Assembly (NCBI GenBank): GCA_047495785.1
Contig: JBLDXI010000004.1
Span: 2,356,001-2,420,000, forward strand
Direction of reading: 5' to 3'
DNA length: 64,000 nucleotides
Source of the DNA: Lepidodermella squamata
Lineage: Eukaryota > Animalia > Gastrotricha
Of this stretch, positions 13,401-26,369 are shown piece after piece. The position numbers and the translations under genes are program-made. The notes under the pieces are model-generated. The model was not told where the DNA came from and made no database searches. It saw nothing but the letters and a program-made list of their open reading frames with translations. Within the stretch, counting starts at the first letter, position 1; every line of letters begins with the position of its first letter.

Positions 13401-16400
13401 AATCAAAGCGAATTTGTTCAACAGAAAAAGAAATTCGACTCTTGCGTCGATTCGGCTCAGCAATTCGTCACCTGCATTCCGAGCGATTTTCCCTGCTCCA
13501 ACACTACGGTAATTTCTCTCCGGCTAGAGATGGCTGCGTAATGCCTATAATGTTTTCAGAAGAAAGCACAAACTGGATTTACCAGCTTGGAAGCCTGTCT
13601 TCAGAATTTCGGCAGTAAGTTTGATATTCCATAATTATTATTAGCGATTTTCTGAAATGACCCCAGCAGATAGATCTTAATGTTACGTGAATTTTGCGTT
13701 ACCTGCGGTCAGTTTAGGAATACAGGAGGCCGCAGAGACCATGCCAATTTCTCGAAGGGGCTTTGTCACATGTCACATCGTAACAAGTGGGGTTTTGACG
13801 CGCCGCTATATATTGCGGTTGTTTATTACAACTGCGGAGCGGTTGCATCCCAAATTGCTATCTTCGGTTCAAAGGCTATAAAATTTTCATTAGCTGTCAT
13901 TGCGATCTTGCGTTCTTGGACTCTTGAAGAGAAACAAGAAATTCAGCTTCATACAGTGTGCGAAGTAGGATTTTCAAGCTGGTGTGTTCCTAGAGCTGAA
14001 AAAGATGCTAATATCTATCCCTTTGCATCGGTGGACATTATTATCAATTTTAATCGATGGGTCGAGTGAAGCGAGAAATTTGTTGAATTTTTTTATAAAA
14101 AAAGTTCCCAAATCCTCTTAAAAATGCTCAAATTTTCTTTAGCGAAGCGAGCTTTAGCCTTTAGCAGGCGCAATTGTTGACGATTCGCCATCAGGAATGA
14201 TCTGAAAAACCTAGGAAAATTCTCCAAACCAAGAAAAATATCAAATTTACCGTTATTGGTAGCATCTCTTTTTTAATCCCAATGCCTATTAAACTTGGCA
14301 ACTGAAATTGTCTTAGTCATGGATGGCGTCAGATCCATTATCAGTGCTGGGTTAGTATATCCACTATATCTAAGGTCGATGATCGACCCTTCAATTAGCT
14401 GCCGTTGAATAATCGCCAAATTCCAACTTGAGTGAATTCAAACCTGGGTGTGAGCGCAGCGAGCTTTAGCTAGGGTGTCGCGACACCCCAGCACCCCTGT
14501 ACTTCGCACCCTCGCTTCATATGTGGAACCACTAAAAAGTTCAATCCTGACGCGTGCGCCTATTGGTCAATCGATTTCGATTGGTTAATTTCGAAAATAC
14601 TTCCCTTTTTCTCTGCAACATTTCTCAATTCGGTCGTTCTATAATCGGGCAAAAATTTGTTTACTTTCTCCTATCGGGTTGATTTTGGTGTCATTATGTA
14701 CATCTCATCAAGTGAGCGAAGCTTGATTAAGGAACGCATATGATCGCGATTGATTACAATTCGCTTCAATGGGCGATAGATTAGGCTATACACGTATTAA
14801 CGTTCAAGGCAGATACATCAAGGCAGATACAAGGCAGAATCAGGGGCTGGACAATTCTCAGGGTTTAGCCGGCCAGCTCGCTGGAGAAACAACCAATTTT
14901 GTGCTGTGGGTTCAACACGAACGATATAGTTAAACTGTAACAACAAAAACCTATGAAACTAATGAAACTAATGTCTGGAAAGACCTGCATTACAAATTAG
15001 GACAAAGTGCGAATTGAGGATTCTCAAGCTAAGATATGAAATTGTACCTGCTATCTGCATCGTTCCTCGCGCACTCACGCACTCGTGATTATTCTGAATT
15101 CATTATTTACTCATTTTTATTCAGGAGCTGATTCCGTGAAGCCCCACATTCGCTGCTTCGATGCCACCACTAACGCGTTCACTGCATGCCGACCGAACAG
15201 CACAAAATGCCTGGCAAATGAAACTGCAAAATTTTCAACTGGCGTCTACAGAAACAAAGCTGCTTGCTTATTGTGGGTTAGTATTTAGTATTCGAGGTAA
15301 AACATCAAATCTCAGTCCGCGGTTTCCGCCTTTCTCGTGGTTTGAAGTACACCTGAAATGAATTCCATTATTATTAGAATGAATATTTTGATCTATACGA
15401 TAAGTTACGATTTTTGTTCTAGTTGTTCCGAACTTTGAGCTTAAATTGAAATAGCTTTGACGGGCATCGGCCTCAATCGGCCTTAATTTAAGCTTTTTTA
15501 TTTTCTTGAAAGCGTTTCGCTGACTCAGCGCAGGACGCAGTCGTCTTTGCTCGTCTTTGCTACTGTCACTTGTCTAAGAAAAGTCATACTAAAATAGGTA
15601 GTCAATGTAACCCTGCCGGAAAATCGACGTTATTTCTGCGTTGCGAAAACTAATGACACCATGCAATACTTTACGATTTACTATACAACATTCCTAGAAA
15701 TCTAAATTGTCGTGAAGCACTCCACTGTTCATCCGCTGTTGAGGCTTATGAACTGATTTTGAAGAGGTTTGATCAGGGTGCGAAGTACAGGGGTGCTGGG
15801 GTGTCGCGACACCCGAGCTCGGTCCGGCGGGAGAAAATTTCGAAAATTAGTTGGAGTTGTAAGTTGTAAAAAGTAGTTTGCTTCCATTGTGAGGCCAATG
15901 GATGCTGCGTTTTTACGCAATTTCCGGCTATTCCTGACACTTAATCTTCAAAAATCTCGCAGCAAAAGCTCGCTGCGATCGCATTCGGGTTTAAGGTTGT
16001 ATTGGGGATTTCACAACGGTGGCTAAATCAAGGTTCGACTATCGACCCTAATAGTAATTCGTAATTGTTATAGAAACCATATGTTTTAGACCAGTGCTCC
16101 GCATTATCTCATTTATCTCATTGCCTTGCCGTTTTTATGAGATTTCAGACCCTCTTACAGGGTAAATTTTCAAGAAATTTCTCGCTCCGCTCGAATGTAT
16201 GGCCGAAATTACTGGCAATTTTGAGTAATGCAGCACTTTATTCTCAATCCTGTCAGTTCCAGCACTGCTTATTAGCATCTTGAGTTGATTGTTGATTATT
16301 GAGTTGAAATTTTATTAATTTTGTTGATTTCGAGCTTGTAAGATAGTATATAATTCCGTGGCTTGCCAGCCGCCAAAATGGCCGGCAGTAAAAACGTTTG

Positions 16401-17950
16401 CGGAGCACTGTTTCAAAAATCCAGCATTGCTAAGTTTCGAGAATTTGAGACTTGGCGTAAATAAAGGGCCCTTATTTTAGCCAAATAAGAATGTGACAAT
16501 GGGAAACGCAGCGGACGAAAATAAAAGTTAAGTCTGTAAAAATAGTCATGTTTAGGAGGGTTTGACACCCTTTTTTGCCGAAAAAATCGTAAAATTACTC
16601 GCTTCGCTCGGTTCATGGGTTAAATTTACAGCTAATTGCCCCCCATGTAGAGTGAAAGAAATCGATTTCGCGAGCGAGCGTAGCGAGCGAGCGCAATTTT
16701 TGTGGAGCTTAACATAGGAACACACCAGCTCGAAAATCCTACTTCGCACACTGGGTTTGATATGAAGTCGAACACCCCAGCGAAGGGTGTTGTCGGTAAA
16801 TACGACTACTATCCTAAAAAACGGCAACAACGTGAATTGATTTTTCCTCTGATTTTCTACAAATTTCAAATATTTCCAGAATGCCGTCCGGTGTGATAAT
16901 TCTACTAGCAAGAATTGTTACAACATTTGCCCAACTGGTTCAACCGCGGTGAGCAGATGAATTGAAATAATTTTACCAATTTTCTTGATTATTTTTCAAT
17001 TCAGGTGAAAATATATTCAAACTGGACAACATTTGCTGATAACTATGCGGCTTGCTCAAAGGACCTTGCTCCACCCAAAGCTACTAAATCCTATTTCGAA
17101 TCGTCGTTTAAAGGAGGCTTTTTCCGTCAACAATTAGAAGCTTGTAAGCAGGATGGGGGCCGCTTAGCCACTATTTTCACGGCAGACGAGTTAGCTGCCG
17201 CGTCAAATGTTACGAATTTTGGCTTTATCGGGCTGGTTGCTGATTTCACGTGGGATGACGATCAGAGCATCATCCCGATCGACACGCCGTTATGGCGAAA
17301 TGACAGTCCGTACGGTTACGGCGATTGTAAGATTGATTTTAATAGTTTTTTATCTGTGCTTGATTTCTTGACGAGAAGGGCAGGGAATATTCTTAAATCG
17401 CTTCATTCCGTAATTTCCTTCATTCAAGGTATAGTTTTAGCCAATAGCAGTTACTATGATGCGGACTGTTCTTCTCCGAAGTATGGACTATGTGGAGGCG
17501 CTGTAAGTTGTTGCTCACGACTTCTCACGGCAATCACATATGAAAGTTTTATTCAGACATTGGCAGACATGGAGATCTCAAATACATCAGGCGATAGAGA
17601 TCAAATGGCCCAATATTGCCAAGATCGCAGCAAAACGCTCGCCATTCTCAGGGATAAAGACGCATACGACGCAGCTAAAGCGATAGTTGGCCAGCTTGGT
17701 GTCGATGCCTTCATCGGGGCTAAGCGCCGCAACCGCACTGCTTTTTCATGGATAACGGGGCAGCCTCTCAGCGACTCAGCGTTCGATTACTCAATAGATG
17801 TCGACAACAAAGGGCAATGTAAGGTGAAACTGGTTTCTGACGATTTTATTTGTTCATATCAATTATTATGTAGGCACATTGCTATATTCTGGTTCAATTT
17901 TCCAAGTAACATGCGGAAGCCAATCTTCTGGCATATGCGAACGTATTTAA
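10412..17950 (+). CDS. Secreted Cys-module + tandem C-type-lectin-like domain protein, paralogue 2
   Basis: Starts MKPLVLVFFFAIDAVLCGDWARCFSQFDD. Exons approx 10412-10555, 10612-10653, 10720-10806, 13295-13372, 13425-13508, 13559-13614, 15125-15276, 16880-16948, 17005-17326, 17429-17502, 17557-17818, 17874-17950, ending GICERI*. Introns are expanded by TE insertions. Confidence 0.9.
12935..13150 (-). mobile_element. Frameshifted LINE reverse-transcriptase fragment in an intron
   Basis: Two frames give Q..AFMAGCGTSD..FNDRIDFTL and SRAFDRVDTVQLL..KLAFEG, resembling the non-LTR RT motifs QxGFRxGxST..D.I and KAFDRVD..LL..L..G. Confidence 0.5.
13954..14513 (+). mobile_element. Non-autonomous hAT-like element, copy A
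   Basis: TIRs CAGTGTGCGAAGTA / TACTTCGCACCCT(C); 8-bp TSD GCTTCATA on both sides. Confidence 0.85.
15774..16753 (-). mobile_element. Non-autonomous hAT-like element, copy B (opposite orientation)
   Basis: TIRs CAGGGTGCGAAGTA / TACTTCGCACACTG; 8-bp TSD GGTTTGAT. Both ends are reverse complements of the ends of copy A. Confidence 0.85.
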
Positions 17951-19302
17951 AATAGCTGGAACGTCTACGAATCAGCCTAACGATTTAAACTGGAATTCAC
18001 AAACATTTAATGGAACTTCCTGATTTCTATCGATCAATCTAACTTTCCTCAGCTTGAAGCTCAATATCGAACGCCGATTTATTCCGAGATGCTGCGAGAT
18101 ACATTTAAATACTTTGGATTTAGATTCATCTTTAAAACTAGTTGCGTAGTTATGATAATTTCTGTTTACGGTTCGAATAAAGACGTACGAACTTGAGTTG
18201 GCTTGTTGGTTGAAGAATGTAAAAAGGTCGTCGGTAAAATTTGCTGACGCGATGACTAAAGTGTTTGGTGACTTCGCTAAAAAAACGGACAAAACAAATC
18301 TGTCGCTCAAAATTAAGCGGCGCACACATAGTAAATAACGTCGCCCCTGTTGCGTAATCGCCGCCCTCAAAATCAAAATGTGCGCCTCAAAATATAACAG
18401 CGGTGAATGCAGGTATTATCGGCTTGGATGCTAGATCATTTTTTTCACTAAATTATGCGAATAGTTTAATGGAAGATAGCTGCCCGTGGTCGACTTTCAT
18501 TTCAGATAACTTGAAATTAGTCCTAAGGCTGAAATGGAATTTTCCGATGGGAAATCTTACAACCGATCGTTAGGGCTGATGGCTAATTGCATTCTCGAGA
18601 ACAGGAAATCGAGACCCGTCAAGCGGTCCGCCCTATCTTCACCTTCATAGTCCCTATAGAAGACAGCGGCTGACGAATAATCATGAAACACCTCGTTTCA
18701 AATGAAATTTGAAAATAAGACAGAGCCGAAAGTCCTTGCTACACAATACTTTCTCTATCGAGCTGGTGCCTATCAATAGAGGAAGGTGAGTGAGTGATTT
18801 TTTCAAAAAGGGTCGTTATATTCCTGCTTAAATAAGTACGCATTTTTTGATATTCGTACTTAAGCGGCTTTTCGCTTACGTAATATTCGAAATTTTTCGA
18901 CCATAATATTCAGCTTTCAAAACTGAGTAAGAATCATATCTCACCCAGGAAGCTGAGATAACTAGGACTTGTCAAATTTGCATCCAAAAACATGAAATTA
19001 GGGTTGGAAAGCTCAGGAAACCGAAAAGGTCCTGAACCTTAGATCCAACTTGATGAAAATAGAGAGAACTCCAGATGTTGCCAACAAATTTGACCGGAAA
19101 TGTGCTTCAAGTACGAATATCCACTCCGTTTCAAAAAAAAAATAGAAAATTCTCAAAATTGCCCATCTATTCAGAATTTTTCACTTTATTCACTTAGACG
19201 AAATTGTAATAAGCCATGTAATTATTTTCTCGATCAATAAACTTTCACATGATGATAAATAAAGATTTTGAGAAGTCCGATAACTCTTGTGGTTACAACT
19301 GT

Positions 19303-20389
19303 TCAAGGGTTCCAGCAGTTGCCAGGCGTGCTGTTGATGTGCGTCCAAAAGCGGTTGCCGCTCGCCGAGCTCTGCATAATGTTCGAGTACGCGTAGAAAT
19401 TCCACCCGCCCTGCTGCATCGGGCCCGAAAACCAGTCAGTGCCACATTCGCAGTACTTTTGCGTGCCCATGCCCATGATGTAGGTGCCGTCGTGGTGCTC
19501 CGCCATGCGGTAACCAGGGCCGTGCTCAACCTCGCACAGGAAATCGCCGTTTGCCTTCGACCCGATGTAACTGCCCTTGACTGGCACCTGAAACGCAAAA
19601 TAACCACATAAATGCGATCGTTCTCAGCAGATCAAACATTTCATATCGATTTTTCGATTATTGTTTATCGATTATTGCTGATTGATTTATGCGATTATCG
19701 ATTATCAATAATTGGTGATTGATTTTAGTGACAACTAGTCAAATGTCGATCAAACTATGAAATCTTGGTATTATCGATTATCGGATATCGATCGATAGCC
19801 AATTGATAAAGGTGAATTCCACCCGATCAGCCCAAAAATCATTTTTCAGAAAGCGAAAATTGATAGGACTAATATCGAAGACATTATCAATTTACAGACT
19901 GCTTCAACCATTCTTGAAATTAGAAAATTCAAAAATTTCAATTTAAAAAAATATCTAGATTATTTGAAATTTTTCAAAATTTCGAAAAAATGTTGCATAC
20001 AATTTTTAATTTCAATTTAGATTCAATTTCAAAATTTCAAAATTTTTTTATAACATCTCTTTCAAGCTTTCAGAACTCACCGTTAGGGCAACATGGCCAT
20101 GCGACCAGCCGCGATAGAACTCGCTCGGCATAGCGCACGTGGCACAGTATGCCGTAGCGTTGTAGCACGGACGGGGCGACTTGTCCTGCTTGAGGCACAG
20201 GATCGGCAGGAACAAATTGCAGTCCGCGTCGCCCGTGTACGCGTTGCAGCCGTTACAGCCGAGCAGATCGATGCCGAACGCGGCTTCGTGCAAAATCGCC
20301 GCCCAGGTCATGCCCTTACCGGCAGCGGCGTCGCTCGGCGCCACTAGGCACCAGGCCGCGACCAAGCAAAATAATAATTTAATCATCAT
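19303..20389 (-). CDS. Secreted Cys/Trp-rich protein (KGMTW...CNAYxGD...LPILC...RFW.HIN..P.NCW family), copy A, ~197 aa
   Basis: Exons 20389-20081 and 19587-19303 joined by a phase-0 GT-AG intron; signal peptide; GC-rich codons in AT-rich surroundings; close paralogue adjacent. Confidence 0.9.
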
Positions 20390-20977
20390 TTTTTCTAAAA
20401 ATAGAAAAAAATTGATTGAAAAATTGATCACGGACTCCAAGACTACAGAAAATAGCTTTCGAATTTTTTGAAATTTTTGAAATTTTAAAATGTATGATTT
20501 TTTGTAATTATAGTTTGAAATTCAAAAATTCATGAAATTTTTGAAATGCTTGAAATTGTAAAATTTGTGAATATTTTGAAATGTTTTGAAATTTTTGAAA
20601 TTTTCCCGAATTCAAAATGAAAATGTTGAATTGTTGAATTTTGAAATTCGAAATCCTTTTGAGATTTCGAAATTTGAATCAATCGAAAATTTGAAAAATT
20701 TAAAATTTAAATCAATTTAAAATTAATCAAATACCTCAAAATTTAATTTAATTTAATTTAAAATGATAATGCTGGAGTTCCGAGAAGGAATTTAGGTCAA
20801 ATATGGGTCACAATAAAAAAAGTCGGCCGATTAATTCCTTGCCAGAAATAATAAATATATTCGCATCATTCGCAACTAATTTTCGCATAGCACAGAAGAT
20901 TCAGAAAATTGCAATTAAATATAGCAAGCAGTAGTTCCACGTTGAATCACATCGATTGAACCCCGGCCCGTCGTTGT

Positions 20978-22060
20978 TCAAGGATCCCAACAGTTGGCCG
21001 GCTGGTCGTTGATGTAGGTCCAGAAGCGGTTCTCAGTCGCCGAGCTCTGCATGATGTTCGAGTAGGCGTAGAAATTCCACCCGCCCTTGTACTGTAAAGC
21101 CGACTGCCAGTCCGGCGAGCCGCAGTTGCAGTAGCGCTTGCTGTCCATGCCGTTGACGTAGTAGCCCATGTGGAACTCAGCGATGTAGTAATTAGGGCCG
21201 TGTTCTTTCTGGCACAGAAAATTAGCATTCGCCAGCGACTTGATGTGCGTGCCTTTGTGCGGAATCTAATAAAAAAAAATCATACAAAAAAACAATAAAT
21301 TACCGAAACGGCTTTTGATTTTGGGCGAAAGTTTTTGGCTTGTCTGAATAATTTTTCAAAGAGTTTCAATTTTGCAATAAAAAATGCAAAAGAATTTCGA
21401 AAAATTGCCCGCGAGACAATCAGTCGACTTTTAAGGTGATTCTTATATCGAAAAATAATCAAAATCGTAACTTTATCGATTATCGATCGATAAGCAATCG
21501 ATACAAATTAACCCCCTCTGATCAGCCGAGAAATTATATTTACATAAAAGCATTTGAATTTTTTTCAATTCGTTATTTGAAATGAATGAATTTTGAAAAG
21601 TTTCGAAATAAGAAAATTAACTAATTAAAAAAATAGGCCATTGAATTTGTCAAATTTCAATAACAAATTCAAAATTCAAAATGCCTTATTTATTTCACCT
21701 GTTGATTTAATTAGATAATTTAAATTGGCTTTGAAATGAGTTAAATTTCTTTTTCGAATTTTGTATTTTTTTCCTCACCGTTAGTACAGCATGGCCACGG
21801 GACCAGCCGTAGTAGAAAGGCTTCGTGGCGTTGTAGCACGGCCGCGGCGATCTGTCGACGTTGAGGCACAGAATAGGCAAAAATCGGTTGCAGTCACGAT
21901 CGCCCACGTACGGGTTACAGCCGTTACAGCCGAGCAGGTCGATGCCGAGCGTCCAATCGTGCAAAATTGCCGACCACGTCATGCCTTTACGCGCATCGAC
22001 CAAGCCGCTGCTGGCGAGGTAGCAACAGGCGAGTAAAAATAACGTAAATCCTTTAACCAT
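20978..22060 (-). CDS. Secreted Cys/Trp-rich protein, copy B, ~189 aa
   Basis: Exons 22060-21779 and 21265-20978. Same intron position as copy A. MVKGFTLFLLACCYLA..KGMTWSAIL..GGWNFYAYSNIMQ..RFWTYINDQPANCWDP*. Confidence 0.9.
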
Positions 22061-23520
22061 TTTACTAATAAAATCAATAAATAAAAAAAAATTAAATTAT
22101 ATTAATTGAATTAATTAAAAAATCCAGATTTACTTGAACGAAATAATTTGAAAAATTATTCTTCGAAGGTTCTTGAAATTATTTTTTCAGATTTATCAGA
22201 CGTACGACGAGAACAATTTGTTGATATAGTAAAAATAATTCCTGTTAATGAAAAGCAAATAAATAAATTTGTTTCGGAAAAAAAGTCGCTTATAATTCTT
22301 TGTTTTTCCACCATTTTTGCCACATAACAATGACCTGAACGTGTGGGCGAATTTGTTCGACTCGATCGCGTGCGGGCGCCACCAGGGCGGTGACGCGCGT
22401 CCTGTCTTCCGCGTTATAGTTTATTTTTTGTAAACACCGACAGCATATGGATGGATTTTGATTGATACATTCAGTGAATAAAAAAATCAACGTGGGAAGA
22501 TTATGGGAAATGTTGGAAATCCATTCAAAGCTTGGATCAATATGAATCTCGAAAATTTGAATTTGAGCCAAATTTTAAAGCCAAAATACAAATTTGCGAT
22601 TTTTAATTGCGAGGTATTGTTTGAAAAATTCGGCTGTAACCTTGAGTGAAAATTGAAAATAATTAATTTTACAAAATATTCATTATTTTCCAAAAACTCG
22701 AATTTGGTTCAATATTTCTAGCGGAGCCAATTTCAATTAGAAATTAATTAGCTCAAAATGTTCAGGAAATTTAATGAAATTACCAAAAATTGGACAAAAA
22801 TTGCAGCTCATAATAATTATTGAAAAATTAATTTTTCATTCAGAATGATAAAAAAATCCGCACATTTTTAATACTTCAGGTTTGGTGCCAGATTTGAAAT
22901 TTGGTTCTGTTATAAGGATCGGAACTTCGCCAAATAAAGTCCTACAATATTGCCTTTGTAGCATGTTCCAAGGTTCAGGTTCGCAGGTTGAAGCATTATC
23001 GAAAATCGACGTGAAGATTGATTGAAAAAATTCTAGATTTGACTCATGATGGCATAGAACCTTGCTCGGAAAATTCATCGACCAAAACTCGAAATTTCAA
23101 AAAAGATAATTATTTTGTATAGGGGATATTTTCCAGCTCGAAGCTTGAGACTCCATTTCGATCTCTGGATTCTCATTTCTTCATGCGATTTCACAATTTT
23201 CAGAAATTTAATAAATTATTAGTTCCGTTTATTATCATTAAATCTCGGTTATTGTCGTGAGTTTTTTGTCAGACAATATTTCAGTAAATGAAATCCGAAA
23301 TTCTTTGAAAATTAATCACCAATATTATGGAAACCGCCATTTCTCTCCCCGAAAATCCAGGTTCATTTAATTGAGAAAAATATTTACATCAACCTGAATA
23401 ATACATGGACAGGCACGCGTGACTAATAGTAATAAATCGCGTGCTTGTTATTATTTTTCAACTCGAAAACATTTTTCAAATTATCAATTTTATTTTTCAA
23501 ATTTTCAACTAACCTGAAAA

Positions 23521-26369
23521 ATGGTCTCTAAGGTATTAATAATTGTCGGCATCTTCTGTTATGTCGCATCCACGCAAGGTAAGTCGAACCTTGAATTTTT
23601 TAAATTTTTCAAAGTGGATTGTTAATTTTTTAGGCCAGTTGAAAAATGGAAATGCCGCGGCGACACCAACAACAACAACGTCGAAAATTCCGACTACAAC
23701 ACCATTCAGGCAGCTTTCGACCTTTGTTGATTCATCAGAGGAAGCTGGCTCGGAACCTGAAGAAGGCTACGAAGGCGAGGACGACGGCGAAGAAGGTTCA
23801 GAAGATTCAGATGTAAGCAGCTACATGAAAAATTCAAATTTCGTGATATAAAAATTTTAATATCCAAATTTTCCAATTTTTGGCGCAAAAAAAACTTATT
23901 TCCATGTTGTAGAATTTAGTATTTTAGACCTCGGCACTCGATTTTTCGAGAACATGATTTTTGTTGTTGCAAGGTAAAATTTTAATTTCGATTTCGATTT
24001 AACGAGTGTCGATTTTACAAATCAGTCATTTTTTTCATTTATCCGCTATTTACTGGCTTGGAATCCTTTAGATCGATGATTTTCCTACATACCTTAGATC
24101 ACAATCCTATAATAAAAAATCCGAGAATCGAGGCGGTCATTATTATCGATCGTTGGGGGGAAATTTGTAATCGCGAAGATTCAGAAAAATTTGATGCCAA
24201 AGCGCTAATTTTAGTCCTGGGAACCTTTTCTTAGTGTGACGAATATTCAGAACCTTTTCTCTATAATACACAAACCTATCAATAAAGAATTTCCATATAA
24301 AGCTGAAAATTGATCTCACAAAACATGAAGCTAGAACAAGTTGAACTTCGCGTTGACGAGCCGATATCGATTTCAGCAGAAATCGATTTTAAAAATCGAG
24401 GATTTTTCATATATCAGCAATAATCGGACTTCGCCATTATTACAAAACATCGAAATCTATTATAGTAAGGATGAAGGAAAAAATTTGCTAACATTTTAAA
24501 ACTTTTTAATTGGAATCCCAAATTTAGTGCCAATTGGCGTGTCAATATTACTGTACATTTTGTTCATTCTCAAAAATACCTCATAAAATTAAGAGCTTAT
24601 TTTAATGATTTTGCCTCATTAAATTGTTATTTTTATTAATTTTTACAAATTTTGAATTTTTTTTAATTTAAATTTTTTTCGAAATTTAAAATTGAGATAC
24701 TGAATCTTGAATTTTTATATATTTATTTTGTATTCAAAGGGAGAATGGCCGCCTGTCACTGAAAAAGTGTTCATGGACATTGCAATTGGCAAGCAACCAG
24801 CCGGTCGGTTGATGATCGGCCTGTTCGGCGACGTGACCCCGCGAACCGTGCGCAATTTCGTCAACCTGTGCGAGGACTACGCCGAGTGGGAAACAACGAA
24901 TACGTACTCGTACCGCGACACGCCCTTCCACCGCATTATCAAAGGCCAAGCGATTTACGGCGGTGATGTTGTCTCGCAGAATGGCAGGGGCGGCCATTCG
25001 ATTTATGGGGCGAAATTTGCGGATGAGAATTTCTTCGTCAAGTTCAAACAGCCGTACATGCTGGCGATGGCGAGCAATGGCGTTGATTCGAATGATTCCA
25101 AGTTTTTAATCACCCTGGCACCGGCGCCTCATCTCAACCATAAAAACGTTGCTTTTGGCAAGGTAAGAATCGCTATTATAGGAACAAATAAATGACCAAA
25201 AAACACAAAATCATGATAAGAAAAATCGAAATTGTTCATTTTATTTGTGACCCAGATTTCTATTCTCGGAGGATAAAACAAATGAAATTTTTGAAAATTG
25301 TAGAAATTTAAATAAAATGTGTTTTCAAATTCTTGAAAATTTAATTTAATTTATTTTAAAAAATTCGAAGAGGAATGCAATTGTAAAATTCAACTTCGAA
25401 TAAATTGGGACTAATTCAGGAAGGGGAGCCAACAAAAGAAGGTATTCCAGGTATTCTTTGAAATTTTCGTAGAAATCAAAGAAATTAACTTTGAAATTCG
25501 ATTAAATTTTCTCAAATTTAAACTGTCTCCGCTTTCCAATAACTTAAGTAAATTATTGCATAATTTAGCTCCTCGAGTTCTAGATTCCTCGAATAAAAAA
25601 TCTTTTTGAGGATTTTTTAGAATTTGGAATTTATTTCTGGTCATTTGGGTAAAGGTAATTTCTGGCGTTCCTCTTATTCCCAATTCCGTTCAAAATGAGC
25701 CATGATTTTAAGCTGGGCTCCAATATTCGAAATCGGTCAAAGCTAAAAGGTATTCTGGTTTCTGGTTTATTACAATTCAAGCTTCGGGACTTGGAAAATT
25801 AAAAAAAAAATAGGAAATCATACAAAAATTTAAAATTCCACAAGCGGCGGAAATTCGGAATCTCGCAACTTCCAAAAGGATTCAAATTCAATTTCGTATT
25901 ATTAAATTTTTAATGAAGAAATTTATGGAATTTTTGCTTAAAAATCACCCCTGAAGATCTCTTATCTTTGATGAATAAAGCCTTATTCTTTTTTGATTTA
26001 ATGTCGAATTTCAGCCAGCTTAATGACCTCATTTTCATGACCTCTCTCTCTCTCTCTCTCCCAAACTCAAACTTTAATTTGAGCAGCTTGCTAGGTCATG
26101 ACCTCATTTCTAATTACGATGAGCACTATAATATGCGTTTCTGTTCTATACTGGGTCAGGTCATCAATGGCCGGTCGCTGCTGCGACGCATCGAAGAGCT
26201 GCCTGTTGACAAGCGATATCGCCCCATGCTGCCTGTCGTCATCACAGCTTGCGGCTCGCTGCGCCTCAACGAGACCGAGCCGACTACAACGGTGCCGACC
26301 AGAGAAACAACCGTCGACTTGAGCCGGCTGCGCCACAACTTCAAACGCAGGCCGTTTTTCAGGGTGTAA
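23521..26369 (+). CDS. Secreted cyclophilin-type PPIase-like protein with Thr-rich/acidic N-terminal extension; divergent active site
   Basis: Exons 23521-23578, 23634-23812, 24740-25162, 26160-26369, with compatible phases. Signal peptide MVSKVLIIVGIFCYVAST. Cyclophilin fold motifs VTEKVFMDI..GLFGDVTPRTVRNF..FHRII..SIYGAKFADENF..FGKV. Confidence 0.92.

Noticed and set aside
17005-17955. Single 316-aa ORF as a complete gene
   Set aside because: It reads through three introns; paralogue comparison defines the true exons.
19249-20471. Plus-strand and alternate-frame ORFs overlapping the secreted gene
   Set aside because: Shadow ORFs caused by GC-rich codon usage.
22335-22410. GC-rich patch with a CTCF-like CCACCAGGGCGG between divergent genes
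   Set aside because: It is a single imperfect motif and cannot be supported without chromatin data.
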